Positions 8,658 to 18,534 of a DNA stretch of 64,000 nucleotides are shown piece by piece; the stretch's first letter is position 1; each line of letters begins with the position of its first letter. The translations under genes were made by a program, and so were the position numbers. The notes under the pieces are model-generated. The model was not told the DNA's origin and did no database searches. It saw nothing but the letters and a program-made list of their open reading frames with translations. This stretch comes from a virus: positions 32,001-96,000 of IMG/VR virus record IMGVR_UViG_3300027859_000890. One strand, written 5' to 3'.

Positions 8658-10346
8658 ATGAGAAAGAACAGAATTATTCTACTCAATGATATCTTTGATA
8701 ATGATATTAGTGGGCAGACGCAGGACTCTTTGCAAGATTTAGATGACGATACGTTCAATAATTTACATATTGAGCAACAAGAAAAGTCAAATAAAAAGTA
8801 TGAAGTCAAAATGATTTCTACTAATAACAAGTATACCTTTTGGAGTAGGTATATGGGTCCTTATGCAGTGGCCAGTGCTGTACATCAAAACTGTCCTGAT
8901 TGGGAAGTTGTTGTTATTGATTGGTTTACAAAAATTGATCATTTTCACGACTACATAGCAAACTTTATAAATGAGGACACTTACTATATTGGACTAAGCA
9001 CAACATTTTTATTGAATACATTTAATCCAAGAGCACAGGATTTTAATTTATGGTTTACTAGACAACGTCAAGTTGATGACTGGTTCAATAAGATTAAAGA
9101 AATAAATCCTGATATTGAATTTATATTAGGTGGTGCTATTACTGATTTATTTTACAAAATACATTTTAAAACAAGACCAGAAGCAAAGTTTCCTGTTGCG
9201 TTTCAAAATCATATTAACTATGTTTTCAATGGTTACGCAGAAGATACAATGGTAGAGTTTCTTAATGGAGAACTAGAACCTCAAAAAGTACACGAAAAGA
9301 ATGGTATCTTTTTTATCAACGAAACAAAAATGGCATCCACTGGTGCAAAAGTATTACAAAGCAATTATCAACACTCAATGGCTATTAAGAATGGCGAGTG
9401 GTTGCCGCTTGAAGTTAGCAAAGGTTGTAGGTTTGGTTGTAAGTTTTGTTTCTATGATATTAGAGGCACACTAATCAAAGACGCAGATTGTTTACGTGAA
9501 GAACTTATGTACAACTATGAAAACTTTGGCGTAACAGGATATATGCTAACAGATGATACAGTTAACGATAGTCCTGCAAAAATAGATATGTTACACAAAG
9601 TCATTAAGAGTTTGCCATTTAAAATGGAATGGATTAGTTATTGTAGGCCAGATATGTTTAGTAAGTATCCTGAAATGTGGCGTAAAATGATTGATATGGG
9701 TTGTAAAGGTGTTTTCTTAGGTGTTGAAACATTAGATCATACAGCAGGTAAACTTGCAGGCAAAGGACTTGATCCAGAACGTATGAAAGAAATATTAACT
9801 TGGATGCGTGAAGTTGCACAAGACGATGTTTTTATTCTTGCTAGTATGATTATTGGACTGCCTGGAGAAACAAAAGAAAGTTTATACAAAACAGCAGAGT
9901 GGTTCAAAGAGCAAACAGTATTAGACAAGATACAATATGAACTATTCTTTGTAAGTGATGGCAACGATAGTAAGTCTCCTGCATTTACAGGTAAGCCAGA
10001 CAATCCATACGGAATACATTTAGAATATTATCCAAACTATTATTGGAAACACAACAGTATGGATTTACACGATGCACAATTTATGGCGTTGGAATGGGAA
10101 AAGATGCTGATTGATCATCCTAAGACAGCATTTGAAAGACACTTTAGTTACAACACAAATTTTTGGGCTTATCCAAGACTGCGTAGTTTAGGATATGATC
10201 ATTTAGAGTCTGTTGGTATATTGACAGCAAAAGTTGTACCACAAGAAGTTTACGAAAAGAATAGACGTTGGATTGATAATTATCACACAGAATTAAAATT
10301 AATTAACCACGTCAAATCATTACAACAAGAAGAAATGTTAGCGTGA
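8658..10346 (+). CDS. Radical SAM protein, B12-binding class-like
   Basis: EVSKGCRFGCKFC, DDTVN, LGVET, IIGLPGET. Confidence 0.88.
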   Translation: MRKNRIILLNDIFDNDISGQTQDSLQDLDDDTFNNLHIEQQEKSNKKYEVKMISTNNKYTFWSRYMGPYAVASAVHQNCPDWEVVVIDWFTKIDHFHDYIANFINEDTYYIGLSTTFLLNTFNPRAQDFNLWFTRQRQVDDWFNKIKEINPDIEFILGGAITDLFYKIHFKTRPEAKFPVAFQNHINYVFNGYAEDTMVEFLNGELEPQKVHEKNGIFFINETKMASTGAKVLQSNYQHSMAIKNGEWLPLEVSKGCRFGCKFCFYDIRGTLIKDADCLREELMYNYENFGVTGYMLTDDTVNDSPAKIDMLHKVIKSLPFKMEWISYCRPDMFSKYPEMWRKMIDMGCKGVFLGVETLDHTAGKLAGKGLDPERMKEILTWMREVAQDDVFILASMIIGLPGETKESLYKTAEWFKEQTVLDKIQYELFFVSDGNDSKSPAFTGKPDNPYGIHLEYYPNYYWKHNSMDLHDAQFMALEWEKMLIDHPKTAFERHFSYNTNFWAYPRLRSLGYDHLESVGILTAKVVPQEVYEKNRRWIDNYHTELKLINHVKSLQQEEMLA

Positions 10347-10903
10347 AGATTGCATTGACAGGCCATACTAGAGGTATTGGCAATGCGTGTAAACAATTGC
10401 TAGAACCTGAACACGAAATTATTGGCTTTAGTAGAACAAATGGTTACAATATAAACGAACCTAAAGTAATATATGAACTTGCAAAAGATGCAGATGTTTT
10501 TATAAACAATGCACAGTTTCAAGATTATCAAACAAAATTATTTGATTTGTTTTGGGATGATTGGAAATACAAACACAAGACTATTATTAATATTCAAAGT
10601 TCAAGTAAATATCCAGAAACACAAGCACGTTTCGGTAACTATGTAAAATATAAACAAGAGTTAGACGCAAATGTAAAAGCAAAAACATTACGTATGAGAG
10701 CTGGTGTTAGTACATTCAATTGCAGAGTAACAAATTTAATTGTTGGCTGGACTGATACAGATATGATAAAATTTTTAAGACACGTTAAAAAGATGCCGCC
10801 TAGTAAAGTTGCAGAAACACTTAAATGGGTGCTGGATCAACCACAAGATTTACAAATTTTTGAATTAGCAGTTTGGCATCAGAATACCAAGCCTGATAAA
10901 TAA
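10343..10903 (+). CDS. Short-chain dehydrogenase/reductase
   Basis: TGHTRGIG, INNA, YxxxK (YVKYK). Confidence 0.8.
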   Translation: MKIALTGHTRGIGNACKQLLEPEHEIIGFSRTNGYNINEPKVIYELAKDADVFINNAQFQDYQTKLFDLFWDDWKYKHKTIINIQSSSKYPETQARFGNYVKYKQELDANVKAKTLRMRAGVSTFNCRVTNLIVGWTDTDMIKFLRHVKKMPPSKVAETLKWVLDQPQDLQIFELAVWHQNTKPDK

Positions 10904-10933
10904 TATGGGCATATTATTTAGAGAGGGCGAACA

Positions 10934-11407
10934 ATGCAAAATAATGAATACGATGTTAAGGTTGTCAAAGTTGTAGACGGAGACACAGTAGACGTAGATA
11001 TCAACTTAGGCTTTGGTGTTTGGTTATCAGACGAGCGTGTGAGGATAATGGGTATAGACACTCCTGAATCACGCACAAGCGATAAAGTAGAAAAAGTTTT
11101 TGGCTTGGCTGCAAAAGACAGATTGTATCAACTTATGGAGAAAGATGCAAAACTAATTACTACAGAAAACAAAAAAGGCGAAGATATGAAAGGCAAGTTT
11201 GGACGTATCTTAGGTGATTTTCTTACAGCAGATGGACGCAAAGTAACAGACATAATGATTGAAGAAGGACATTGTGTAGCATACTTTGGTGGATCAAAAG
11301 AAGAAATACAAATGAAGCATATGGCCAATAGAGAGAAACTATTGCGTGAAGGTGTGGTAAGTAAAGAAGCAGTAGACGAAGCAAAGAAACTTATGGAAGG
11401 AAAGTAA
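10934..11407 (+). CDS. Thermonuclease (SNase-like)
   Basis: VVDGDTV, RVRIMGIDTPE, GKFGRIL. Confidence 0.9.
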   Translation: MQNNEYDVKVVKVVDGDTVDVDINLGFGVWLSDERVRIMGIDTPESRTSDKVEKVFGLAAKDRLYQLMEKDAKLITTENKKGEDMKGKFGRILGDFLTADGRKVTDIMIEEGHCVAYFGGSKEEIQMKHMANREKLLREGVVSKEAVDEAKKLMEGK

Positions 11408-11646
11408 TGAACACAAATTACTCTACCATTGCTGAAATACAGAGTTGGATTAATCGTGCAGTTTCTAATGTTGAAGATCAACTTAGACGCATTGACGAAA
11501 CTGATCCAAATTATCAGTGGCTTGTGGATAGAAGAGCATATCTCAAGGAGTACAGTGCAAAATACGGAAGTATGATTGGCAAAGAATTGCCAAAAAAGCG
11601 TGATAGAAGTAATATGCGCCATTACAATAGGCCAAGAACGTTTTAG
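11407..11646 (+). CDS. Hypothetical protein
   Basis: TAATG overlap. Confidence 0.55.
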   Translation: MNTNYSTIAEIQSWINRAVSNVEDQLRRIDETDPNYQWLVDRRAYLKEYSAKYGSMIGKELPKKRDRSNMRHYNRPRTF

Positions 11647-11647
11647 G

Positions 11648-11675
11648 TTGACAGCATAATAACTCCTGCTATACT
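11648..11675 (+). promoter_or_regulatory. Early sigma70-type promoter
   Basis: GGTTGACA-16nt-TATACT with TGn. Confidence 0.7.
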
Positions 11676-11705
11676 AAGTGTGTAGTAACAAAACAGGAGT
11701 TTATT

Positions 11706-12068
11706 ATGAGTATGCATCTTGTAGGTCCTTATATGACCACAACTAATTACAAGAAACGCAAACAAAAAGGTCTTACAAAGAAAGATCGACAAGCACAAGT
11801 AGAACACGAAAAGTTCCTTGCTAAGATGGGTGTCAAGAAACCCACAACAGATTATCGTGCGCCAATGCCAGATTATAGGTCACACAGTGGTAACACTGTT
11901 CCTACTAGCGACCGCATTGATGGACACGCACCACAGATAGAACGCAATGTGTATTCAGGCGAAAGACAACTATTAGGTATCGCTACAATGCACAAAAGCA
12001 ATATGGTTCCTGTGTTTGCAGACAAGAAAGAAGATGCAAAAGACATTGCCAATATGAGGAGAGGATGA
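11706..12068 (+). CDS. Phage hypothetical protein
   Basis: AGGAG RBS; GIATMHKSNMVPVF motif recalled from large myophages. Confidence 0.7.
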   Translation: MSMHLVGPYMTTTNYKKRKQKGLTKKDRQAQVEHEKFLAKMGVKKPTTDYRAPMPDYRSHSGNTVPTSDRIDGHAPQIERNVYSGERQLLGIATMHKSNMVPVFADKKEDAKDIANMRRG

Positions 12069-12301
12069 AAAAACTTATTTTAGTTGTAGCCAGTGTATTA
12101 CTATCTAATGTTGCACAAGCAAATGAAACAATAGACGAGTATATCACAGACAACTATATTAAGATGCCTGTACATATTCAAAAAGAAATAGACAAACTTA
12201 TGGAGTATGGAGATAGATACAAAGAAGCAATATTTGCAATAATCCATACTCAGTTAGTATATGATGGCAACCCAAGTTGTCACGATTCAGAAGATGTCTA
12301 A
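12065..12301 (+). CDS. Secreted hypothetical protein
   Basis: Signal peptide ending AQA. Confidence 0.6.
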   Translation: MKKLILVVASVLLSNVAQANETIDEYITDNYIKMPVHIQKEIDKLMEYGDRYKEAIFAIIHTQLVYDGNPSCHDSEDV

Positions 12302-12333
12302 ACGAAAGTAAATACTGTAACAGAGGAGCAGTT

Positions 12334-12813
12334 ATGAAACACTTTATTATGGCGGCTATTCTATTAGTCGCGGCTAAGGCCGCTGATGCGTCAGAGAGCC
12401 TTTTTAATCCTGAAAGTTATCCACAAATACATTGCTTGGCTTTGAATGTTTATTTTGAAGCAAGAGGCAGCAACCTAGCAGATAAGGCAGCAGTAGCAGA
12501 TGTAGTTTTGAACAGGAAAAATGATACACGTTATCCACAAACTATTTGCGAAGTTGTACACGATGGTTACAAGAAAGGTCGCAGAGATTGTCAATTCAGT
12601 TGGTTCTGTGATGGTAAAGCAGATGTACCTAAGGAATATGATCGATGGGCCGAAGCACAAATGATTGCTTGGGGTATGGTCAAGTTTGACAAGTACCGCG
12701 GTATCACAGAAGGTGCAACACATTATCACGCAACTTATGTCAGTCCAAGATGGGCAAAATCGTTGCAAATGGTGGGTAGAATAGGTGCGCATATATTCTA
12801 CCGTTGGGAGTGA
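12334..12813 (+). CDS. Cell wall hydrolase, SleB/Hydrolase_2 family
   Basis: CLALNVYFEARG, CQFSW, GATHYHA, IGAHIFY; start reset to ATG after GGAG. Confidence 0.92.
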   Translation: MKHFIMAAILLVAAKAADASESLFNPESYPQIHCLALNVYFEARGSNLADKAAVADVVLNRKNDTRYPQTICEVVHDGYKKGRRDCQFSWFCDGKADVPKEYDRWAEAQMIAWGMVKFDKYRGITEGATHYHATYVSPRWAKSLQMVGRIGAHIFYRWE

Positions 12814-12825
12814 TTAAATAATATA

Positions 12826-15072
12826 ATGATATTTGGTATTTTTGTTATGATAACGGCGCTAACAATAAGCGCCGTTGCTATCTATTACTCGGTAAGCGGG
12901 CTTGTGGCTATTTTTGCCGCCGCCGCTATACCTATAATCATAATGGGTACTGCTCTTGAAGTAGGCAAGTTAGTTACAGCAGTTTGGTTACACTGGTATT
13001 GGGATAAAGCCAAATGGTGGCTTAAAACATATTTGAGTATTAGTGTCCTTGTGTTGATGTTTATTACGTCAATGGGTATATTTGGCTTTTTAAGTAAAGC
13101 ACATATTGAACAAACTAGTGCCGCTGAAGAAGGCATTGCACAAATTGAACGTATAGAACAAGAAGTGCTAAGAGTACAAGATTTAATTGTAAGAGCTGAA
13201 TCACGCATAGCAGATGCAGAAGCAAGTGTAGGCGAAGGCAATGAAGATACACAAGCACAAATAGACAAAGAACAAACACGTATTGATACAGCGTATGATA
13301 GAGCTCAACCTGCTATTGATGAACAAAACGCTATAATTTCAGGACAACTCGATAGTTTAGAAGATAGAGTTGCAGTCTATGTAGAAGAAATAAAAAGTTT
13401 AGATCAAGAACTTAGTAGACTGAAATCTCTCATAGAAGAATATAGAAGTGAAATAGCAAATACAAGTGTAGCAAGTATTGAAGCACAAGTGCAACCCTAT
13501 AACGACCAAATTGCACAACTAGATGCAGATTTACAACGTATAAACACACAAGCAAATGAATACGAAAAACGTATTAGTGAATTACAAATAGACAACAGTG
13601 CAATTGAAGCACTCAAAACTAGAGTTGCTGCTGTTGAAGAAAAAATTGTTTTAGTAACAAACAAGTTACAAAGCAACGAACGTGCTAAAGTTAAAGAAGG
13701 TCAAGCAGTAATAGGTGTAACCAGTGATGGACTTTTTGGTGGTAACACTACTAGAGCATATAATGCTTGGCTAGAAGCACAGAGAGCTCGTATAAGCGAG
13801 CTACAAGCACAGGAAACAGATTTACGTATACAAGCACAAGCAACACTTGATGCTGAAAGAACACGATTGACAGATCTTGTAAAAGATTTGCGTGGGGCAC
13901 AGACCGAGACAATACTACAACGCAAACAAAGTTTATTAGATGCTATAGATAAAGTAAGAACAAACAGCATTGACGAAGCTAAAATTGCAAAAGCTGACAT
14001 ACAGTTAAAGATTGATACAGTCTTGAACACAGACATTCCTGCTAATAGGAGCGCAAGGCAAACTGCTCAAGAGCAAATCACTGCCTTGCGTCAAGCAGAC
14101 GATCCACGTATCAATGCAGCCAGACAGACAATAAAAGATTTAAGATCAAGTGCAGATGCACAAATTGCGGCAAGCAATGATCTTATACAGAGATTGCGTA
14201 ACAGCCTTACAGTAGGCAAAGACGCAGACGTTGAAGCACTAGTAGATGCTCAACAAAAAAAGATTGTAGAGTTTAATAATACTATTGACAAATTAACTGA
14301 AAACAAGTATGCTCTACAAGCTGATTATAGAAAACTAGAAGCAGAAGTAGGACCAATAAAGTACCTAGCAGAATTTATATATGGTGAAACAAACGAAGAT
14401 ATACTCGAAGAAGCAGTAAGATGGGTAATAATAGTAATCATATTTGTATTCGATCCTTTAGCAGTTCTCCTGCTCATTGCGAGCCAAGCCACATTCGAGA
14501 TGCGCAGACAGGAGCGACATCGGCTAGCCGCGGAGGGAAAAGACAATGACAATACAAGCAATGATCATCAGTATGATGAATATGCACAATCCGGAAGCGA
14601 AGACACACCACCTAGTGGAACCACAAGTACCGATACCAGAGGAAGCGACAGTGAAAGTAGCGCAGAAGAAAAAAATATCGCCTATGCCAGCTTGTATGCA
14701 GAAACTGGAACCAGATCTGATAGAGGAAGCACTGCCCCAGTCGTTTTGGAACAACACCAACAACAAGGTATAATGTTCGGAGAAGATAATCTCAAATCAA
14801 AAGAGATTAAAGAAAGAGTTACTGAAGTTGCAAAACACGCAGACGATCCAGTATGGATAGAAGCAAGACGTAAATGGAAAGATGAAAATCCAGATCAGAA
14901 TGTAAAGGATTATCAACAGGCATATATATCTGGTAGAATACACGAACTACCGTGGGACGTATCTTATATTGCCAAAGACGAAAAAGGCAAACAGTTTACA
15001 GGTTACGTTCAAAACAACGAACAAGATGAAAACAGTATATGGCAAAAAATAGGTAAAAATGACAAAAATTAA
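12826..15072 (+). CDS. Membrane-anchored long coiled-coil protein with a PG-binding-like motif
   Basis: Three N-terminal TM segments, about 400 aa of heptad-rich sequence, central DGLFGGNT, C-terminal TM. Confidence 0.75.
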   Translation: MIFGIFVMITALTISAVAIYYSVSGLVAIFAAAAIPIIIMGTALEVGKLVTAVWLHWYWDKAKWWLKTYLSISVLVLMFITSMGIFGFLSKAHIEQTSAAEEGIAQIERIEQEVLRVQDLIVRAESRIADAEASVGEGNEDTQAQIDKEQTRIDTAYDRAQPAIDEQNAIISGQLDSLEDRVAVYVEEIKSLDQELSRLKSLIEEYRSEIANTSVASIEAQVQPYNDQIAQLDADLQRINTQANEYEKRISELQIDNSAIEALKTRVAAVEEKIVLVTNKLQSNERAKVKEGQAVIGVTSDGLFGGNTTRAYNAWLEAQRARISELQAQETDLRIQAQATLDAERTRLTDLVKDLRGAQTETILQRKQSLLDAIDKVRTNSIDEAKIAKADIQLKIDTVLNTDIPANRSARQTAQEQITALRQADDPRINAARQTIKDLRSSADAQIAASNDLIQRLRNSLTVGKDADVEALVDAQQKKIVEFNNTIDKLTENKYALQADYRKLEAEVGPIKYLAEFIYGETNEDILEEAVRWVIIVIIFVFDPLAVLLLIASQATFEMRRQERHRLAAEGKDNDNTSNDHQYDEYAQSGSEDTPPSGTTSTDTRGSDSESSAEEKNIAYASLYAETGTRSDRGSTAPVVLEQHQQQGIMFGEDNLKSKEIKERVTEVAKHADDPVWIEARRKWKDENPDQNVKDYQQAYISGRIHELPWDVSYIAKDEKGKQFTGYVQNNEQDENSIWQKIGKNDKN

Positions 15073-15454
15073 TGTAATTACTCCACCGGATATTTTACAT
15101 AATCAAAACCAAAGCATCTTATTAATATATCCAAGCACTGAGTTGCGACAAGAATTTCAAACGTATTTAGAAGTTGTTGGCAAATCAATCAATGTATATT
15201 TATACGATCCAACTGATGAAGATGTAGATGTTGCTTGGTTGTTGGCTTTGGCCAAAGTATGTGAAACTGTAATATTAGATTTAGATCAAATGCAACCGCT
15301 AGAAAAAAAGTTTGCAAGTTATTTAATTAGTTTGCCAAATACTTTTTACTTGACAAAAGACGATGTTACACCTTATAATAAACTTAGCCTTAATAGAGTT
15401 TATGACTTGAAATGGCTCATTGAAACTGATGAAGGACAAAATGAAAAACAATAG
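15059..15454 (+). CDS. Hypothetical protein
   Basis: Overlapping ORF in operon. Confidence 0.65.
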   Translation: MTKINVITPPDILHNQNQSILLIYPSTELRQEFQTYLEVVGKSINVYLYDPTDEDVDVAWLLALAKVCETVILDLDQMQPLEKKFASYLISLPNTFYLTKDDVTPYNKLSLNRVYDLKWLIETDEGQNEKQ

Positions 15455-15692
15455 AAGAAAACATAACGACGATTGGAATAGAACAGGCTTGCAAGTAAAT
15501 GTTGTTAACAACGATGTTACTAAGGCAATGCGTAAACTTAAAAAGAAAATTTCAGAAGATGGTTTGATGCAAGAACTAAGAAAGCGTGAATACTTTGAAA
15601 GCAAAGGCACACGCAAAAGACTTGCTAAAAAAGCAGCCATTAGACGTTACAAAAGAAATCAAGCAAAACTAAAAGAACAGTTAGGTTATTAA
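15441..15692 (+). CDS. rpsU: Ribosomal protein bS21
   Basis: VVNNDVTKAMRKLKKK...ELRKREYFES. Confidence 0.9.
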   Translation: MKNNRRKHNDDWNRTGLQVNVVNNDVTKAMRKLKKKISEDGLMQELRKREYFESKGTRKRLAKKAAIRRYKRNQAKLKEQLGY

Positions 15693-16841
15693 ATGCGTTT
15701 AGAAGAAGATTTAAAACTTGATTACAAAGATGTGCTAATACGTCCTAAGCGTAGCACATTACAAAGTCGTAAGCAAGTTAGATTAAATCGTAAATTTCAA
15801 TTTCGTAATTACGATCACGACATTGCAGAACCTTTGCCAGACGAATATCATTATATTGGTATTCCTATTATGGCAAGTAATATGGATGGTGTTGGTACTA
15901 TGCGAATGGCTGATAAGTTAGCAGAAGGTGAAATGTTTACCTGTCTTGTAAAAACTTATACAGCAGAAGAACTTATAGATTTTTACAATTATGATGTTGG
16001 ATTAGAACGCACAGAAAATGTTGCTATGAGCATAGGTACTGGCGACAGTGATTACAATAAATTATACAAAGTAAAAAAAGAATGTGAACACAGACTAAAA
16101 TATGTTTGTATGGATATTGCAAATGGTTACAGTGACCATTTTGCCGCTCACGTTCGCAAAGTTAGAGCAGAATTTCCAGACTTGGTTATCATTGCTGGAA
16201 ATGTTGTTACTAGAGAAATGACAGAGGAGTTGATACTTGCAGGAGCAGACATCGTCAAAGTCGGAATCGGACCAGGGTCGGTTTGCACGACTCGCATACA
16301 AACTGGGGTGGGCTATCCCCAACTTAGTGCGGTTATTGAGTGTGCCGATGCGGCGCACGGGTTGGGCGGACATATTATTGCTGACGGGGGCTGTACTACT
16401 CCTGGTGATGTGGCAAAAGCTTTTGCTGCCGGTGCTGACTTCGTAATGCTTGGCGGTATGCTTGCTGGACACAATGAAGGTGGTGGTGATATTGTTACTG
16501 AACATATTGCTACAGGAGGAGCATATAAAACACCTGAAGGAACATATGTTCCTTATTTCAAAGAAAAAAAGTTTGTGCAGTTCTACGGTATGAGTAGTGA
16601 AAGCGCAAATGATAAGCATTTTGGTGGATTGAAAAACTATCGTTCATCAGAAGGACGCACAGTGCTTGTGCCTTATAAAGGTCCTGTGGCTATGTCAGTA
16701 CAGGAAATTTTAGGAGGTGTGCGTAGTGCTTGTACTTACACAGGCGCATTAAAACTCAAGCAACTAAGTAAGTGTGCAACGTTTATTCGTTGTTCACAAA
16801 CCCATAATCCGGTGTATGAATCATCGACAATTGGTAAATAA
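15693..16841 (+). CDS. guaC: GMP reductase
   Basis: [53 protein letters not shown]. Confidence 0.95.
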   Translation: MRLEEDLKLDYKDVLIRPKRSTLQSRKQVRLNRKFQFRNYDHDIAEPLPDEYHYIGIPIMASNMDGVGTMRMADKLAEGEMFTCLVKTYTAEELIDFYNYDVGLERTENVAMSIGTGDSDYNKLYKVKKECEHRLKYVCMDIANGYSDHFAAHVRKVRAEFPDLVIIAGNVVTREMTEELILAGADIVKVGIGPGSVCTTRIQTGVGYPQLSAVIECADAAHGLGGHIIADGGCTTPGDVAKAFAAGADFVMLGGMLAGHNEGGGDIVTEHIATGGAYKTPEGTYVPYFKEKKFVQFYGMSSESANDKHFGGLKNYRSSEGRTVLVPYKGPVAMSVQEILGGVRSACTYTGALKLKQLSKCATFIRCSQTHNPVYESSTIGK

Positions 16842-16898
16842 CTATGAGCGCCGAAAGGGCTCTTTAACATATCTTGCTTAATAAGGAGAAATGAAATG
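16835..16898 (+). promoter_or_regulatory. Late promoter plus ROSE-like RNA thermometer of hsp20
   Basis: TAAATA 16835; GAAA-loop hairpin 16846-16862; TCTTGCTT (16872-16879) pairs with SD AAGGAGA (16883-16889) leaving a bulged G. Confidence 0.65.
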
Positions 16899-17342
16899 AC
16901 AAGATTTACAACACTAAACCTACCTGACTTCCACAGAGCAACTATTGGCTTTGATAGAATGTTTAATCAACTAAACCAAGAGTTTGCAAATAGTAAGTCA
17001 CAAGGGTATCCACCATACAATGTAGTACAAGAGAATGACGATGAGTATACAATCTCATTGGCTATTGCAGGTTTTGCAATGGATGATCTAGACATTACAT
17101 TGGAGAAAAATGTCCTAACAATTGAAGGCACTTCGCCAGACGTTCCCGAAGATAGAAACTTTCTACACAAGGGTATTGGCAACCGTAACTTCCGTAGAGA
17201 CTTTACATTAGCTGAACATATTGAAGTTGATTCAGCTGAACTAGAAAACGGTATGCTCCATATCAATTTGGTTAGAAATGTGCCAGAAGCACAAAAACCA
17301 AAGAAGATTGAGATCCGTGAAGTTGGAACTATCGACGGCTAA
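16896..17342 (+). CDS. ibpA: Small heat-shock protein Hsp20 (IbpA-like)
   Basis: IGFDR, YPPYN, LAIAGF, GIGNRNFRRDF, LENGML. Confidence 0.92.
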   Translation: MTRFTTLNLPDFHRATIGFDRMFNQLNQEFANSKSQGYPPYNVVQENDDEYTISLAIAGFAMDDLDITLEKNVLTIEGTSPDVPEDRNFLHKGIGNRNFRRDFTLAEHIEVDSAELENGMLHINLVRNVPEAQKPKKIEIREVGTIDG

Positions 17343-17348
17343 TAGTTA

Positions 17349-17376
17349 GGGGGAGTGAAATATCTCCCCCATTTTT
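17349..17376 (+). terminator. Rho-independent terminator
   Basis: GGGGGAG/CTCCCCC stem followed by ATTTTT. Confidence 0.65.
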
Positions 17377-17387
17377 AGGGAAAAGAA

Positions 17388-17690
17388 ATGAGTAAGACAG
17401 ACGTTGTAATTGACGAAAAAATTGAAATAGAAATCAGAGAGCCAAAAGATTGTAAAGTTATTTTCTTAAATGACGATACAACTCCTATGGATTTTGTAGT
17501 AAACATTCTACAAACAATATTCAAACATTCATTGGACAATGCAACAGCATTGACTGTCCAGATCCACGAAGAAGGCAGCGGAATAGCAGGTATATATAGT
17601 TACGAAATAGCTGAACAGAAAGCCACCGAAACAGTAAATTTATCTAGACAAAACGGCTTTCAGCTTAAAGTAAAAATAGAGGAAGAATGA
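17388..17690 (+). CDS. clpS: Clp protease adaptor ClpS
   Basis: VIFLNDDTTPMDFVV, IHEEG, YEIAEQK. Confidence 0.92.
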   Translation: MSKTDVVIDEKIEIEIREPKDCKVIFLNDDTTPMDFVVNILQTIFKHSLDNATALTVQIHEEGSGIAGIYSYEIAEQKATETVNLSRQNGFQLKVKIEEE

Positions 17691-18004
17691 TAGTTTTTAT
17701 AATTGGTTACCTAATAATGTTTTTTAATGAAGGATTCGTGATTATGCGTCACGTTAGTCCTTGGTTTGCAAAAAAACGCAGCCTGTTGCATCTAAAATTT
17801 GGTAGAGAAAGAGTAAAACGTATCCACGGACTTACAGATTGGACTTGGATAATTTTACTTGTGATAGGAGTATATTTAGATTTTGAGAATTGGAAAGTGT
17901 ACGCAGTGCTTGTGTTTGCTTTCTGGATAGTAGTAGCAGTAGGAGTGTATCTTCCTATGCTATATAGAAAAATAAGAAAACAGCCAACGGGATATGTAAA
18001 ATGA
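17687..18004 (+). CDS. Hypothetical membrane protein
   Basis: Three hydrophobic segments, ATGA overlaps. Confidence 0.65.
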   Translation: MIVFIIGYLIMFFNEGFVIMRHVSPWFAKKRSLLHLKFGRERVKRIHGLTDWTWIILLVIGVYLDFENWKVYAVLVFAFWIVVAVGVYLPMLYRKIRKQPTGYVK

Positions 18005-18534
18005 GTAAATTAAAAGAGCTTACCTGGGAAAATCACCAAAATGCAGAACGTACTGCATTCGCTAGAAGATTAATGGGAGGTATTACACCAGAAGAATATC
18101 ACACATATCTTTATAATCAGTTTTTGATTTATGGTTCACTTGAATCATTAACTAATCTTGAAGGCATAGAAGATATACGTAGAACAAAGCGTATTGGTAT
18201 TGACTTAAAAGAGTTAGAAAAAACACAAGGACTTAAACGTACCAAAGAACAGTTACAACCTAGTGCATTAGATTATATAAATTATTTGCCAACACTTGAT
18301 AACGATGAATTAATGGCACACATATATGTAAGACACTTTGGCGATATGTATGGCGGGCAAATGATTAAAAAACGTTTAGACTTTACCAGCGGCACAATGT
18401 ATGACTTTGACAATGTTGAAGATCTTAAAACGAAAGTCCGTTCAATGGTAGGTGAAGATATGGCAGACGAAGCAAACATTTGTTTTAAGTATGCCGCAAA
18501 GTTATTCGAAGAGCTCAATAACGTGTATGCCTAA
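18001..18534 (+). CDS. hemO: Heme oxygenase (HemO/Ho1-like)
   Basis: Proximal His in TWENHQNAE; HIYVRHFGDMYGGQ. Confidence 0.9.
   Translation: MSKLKELTWENHQNAERTAFARRLMGGITPEEYHTYLYNQFLIYGSLESLTNLEGIEDIRRTKRIGIDLKELEKTQGLKRTKEQLQPSALDYINYLPTLDNDELMAHIYVRHFGDMYGGQMIKKRLDFTSGTMYDFDNVEDLKTKVRSMVGEDMADEANICFKYAAKLFEELNNVYA

Noticed and set aside
16237-16446. Alternative-frame ORF over a GC-richer patch inside guaC
   Set aside because: It coincides with the most conserved Gly/Ala-rich catalytic region, has a TTG start and shows no recognisable motif.
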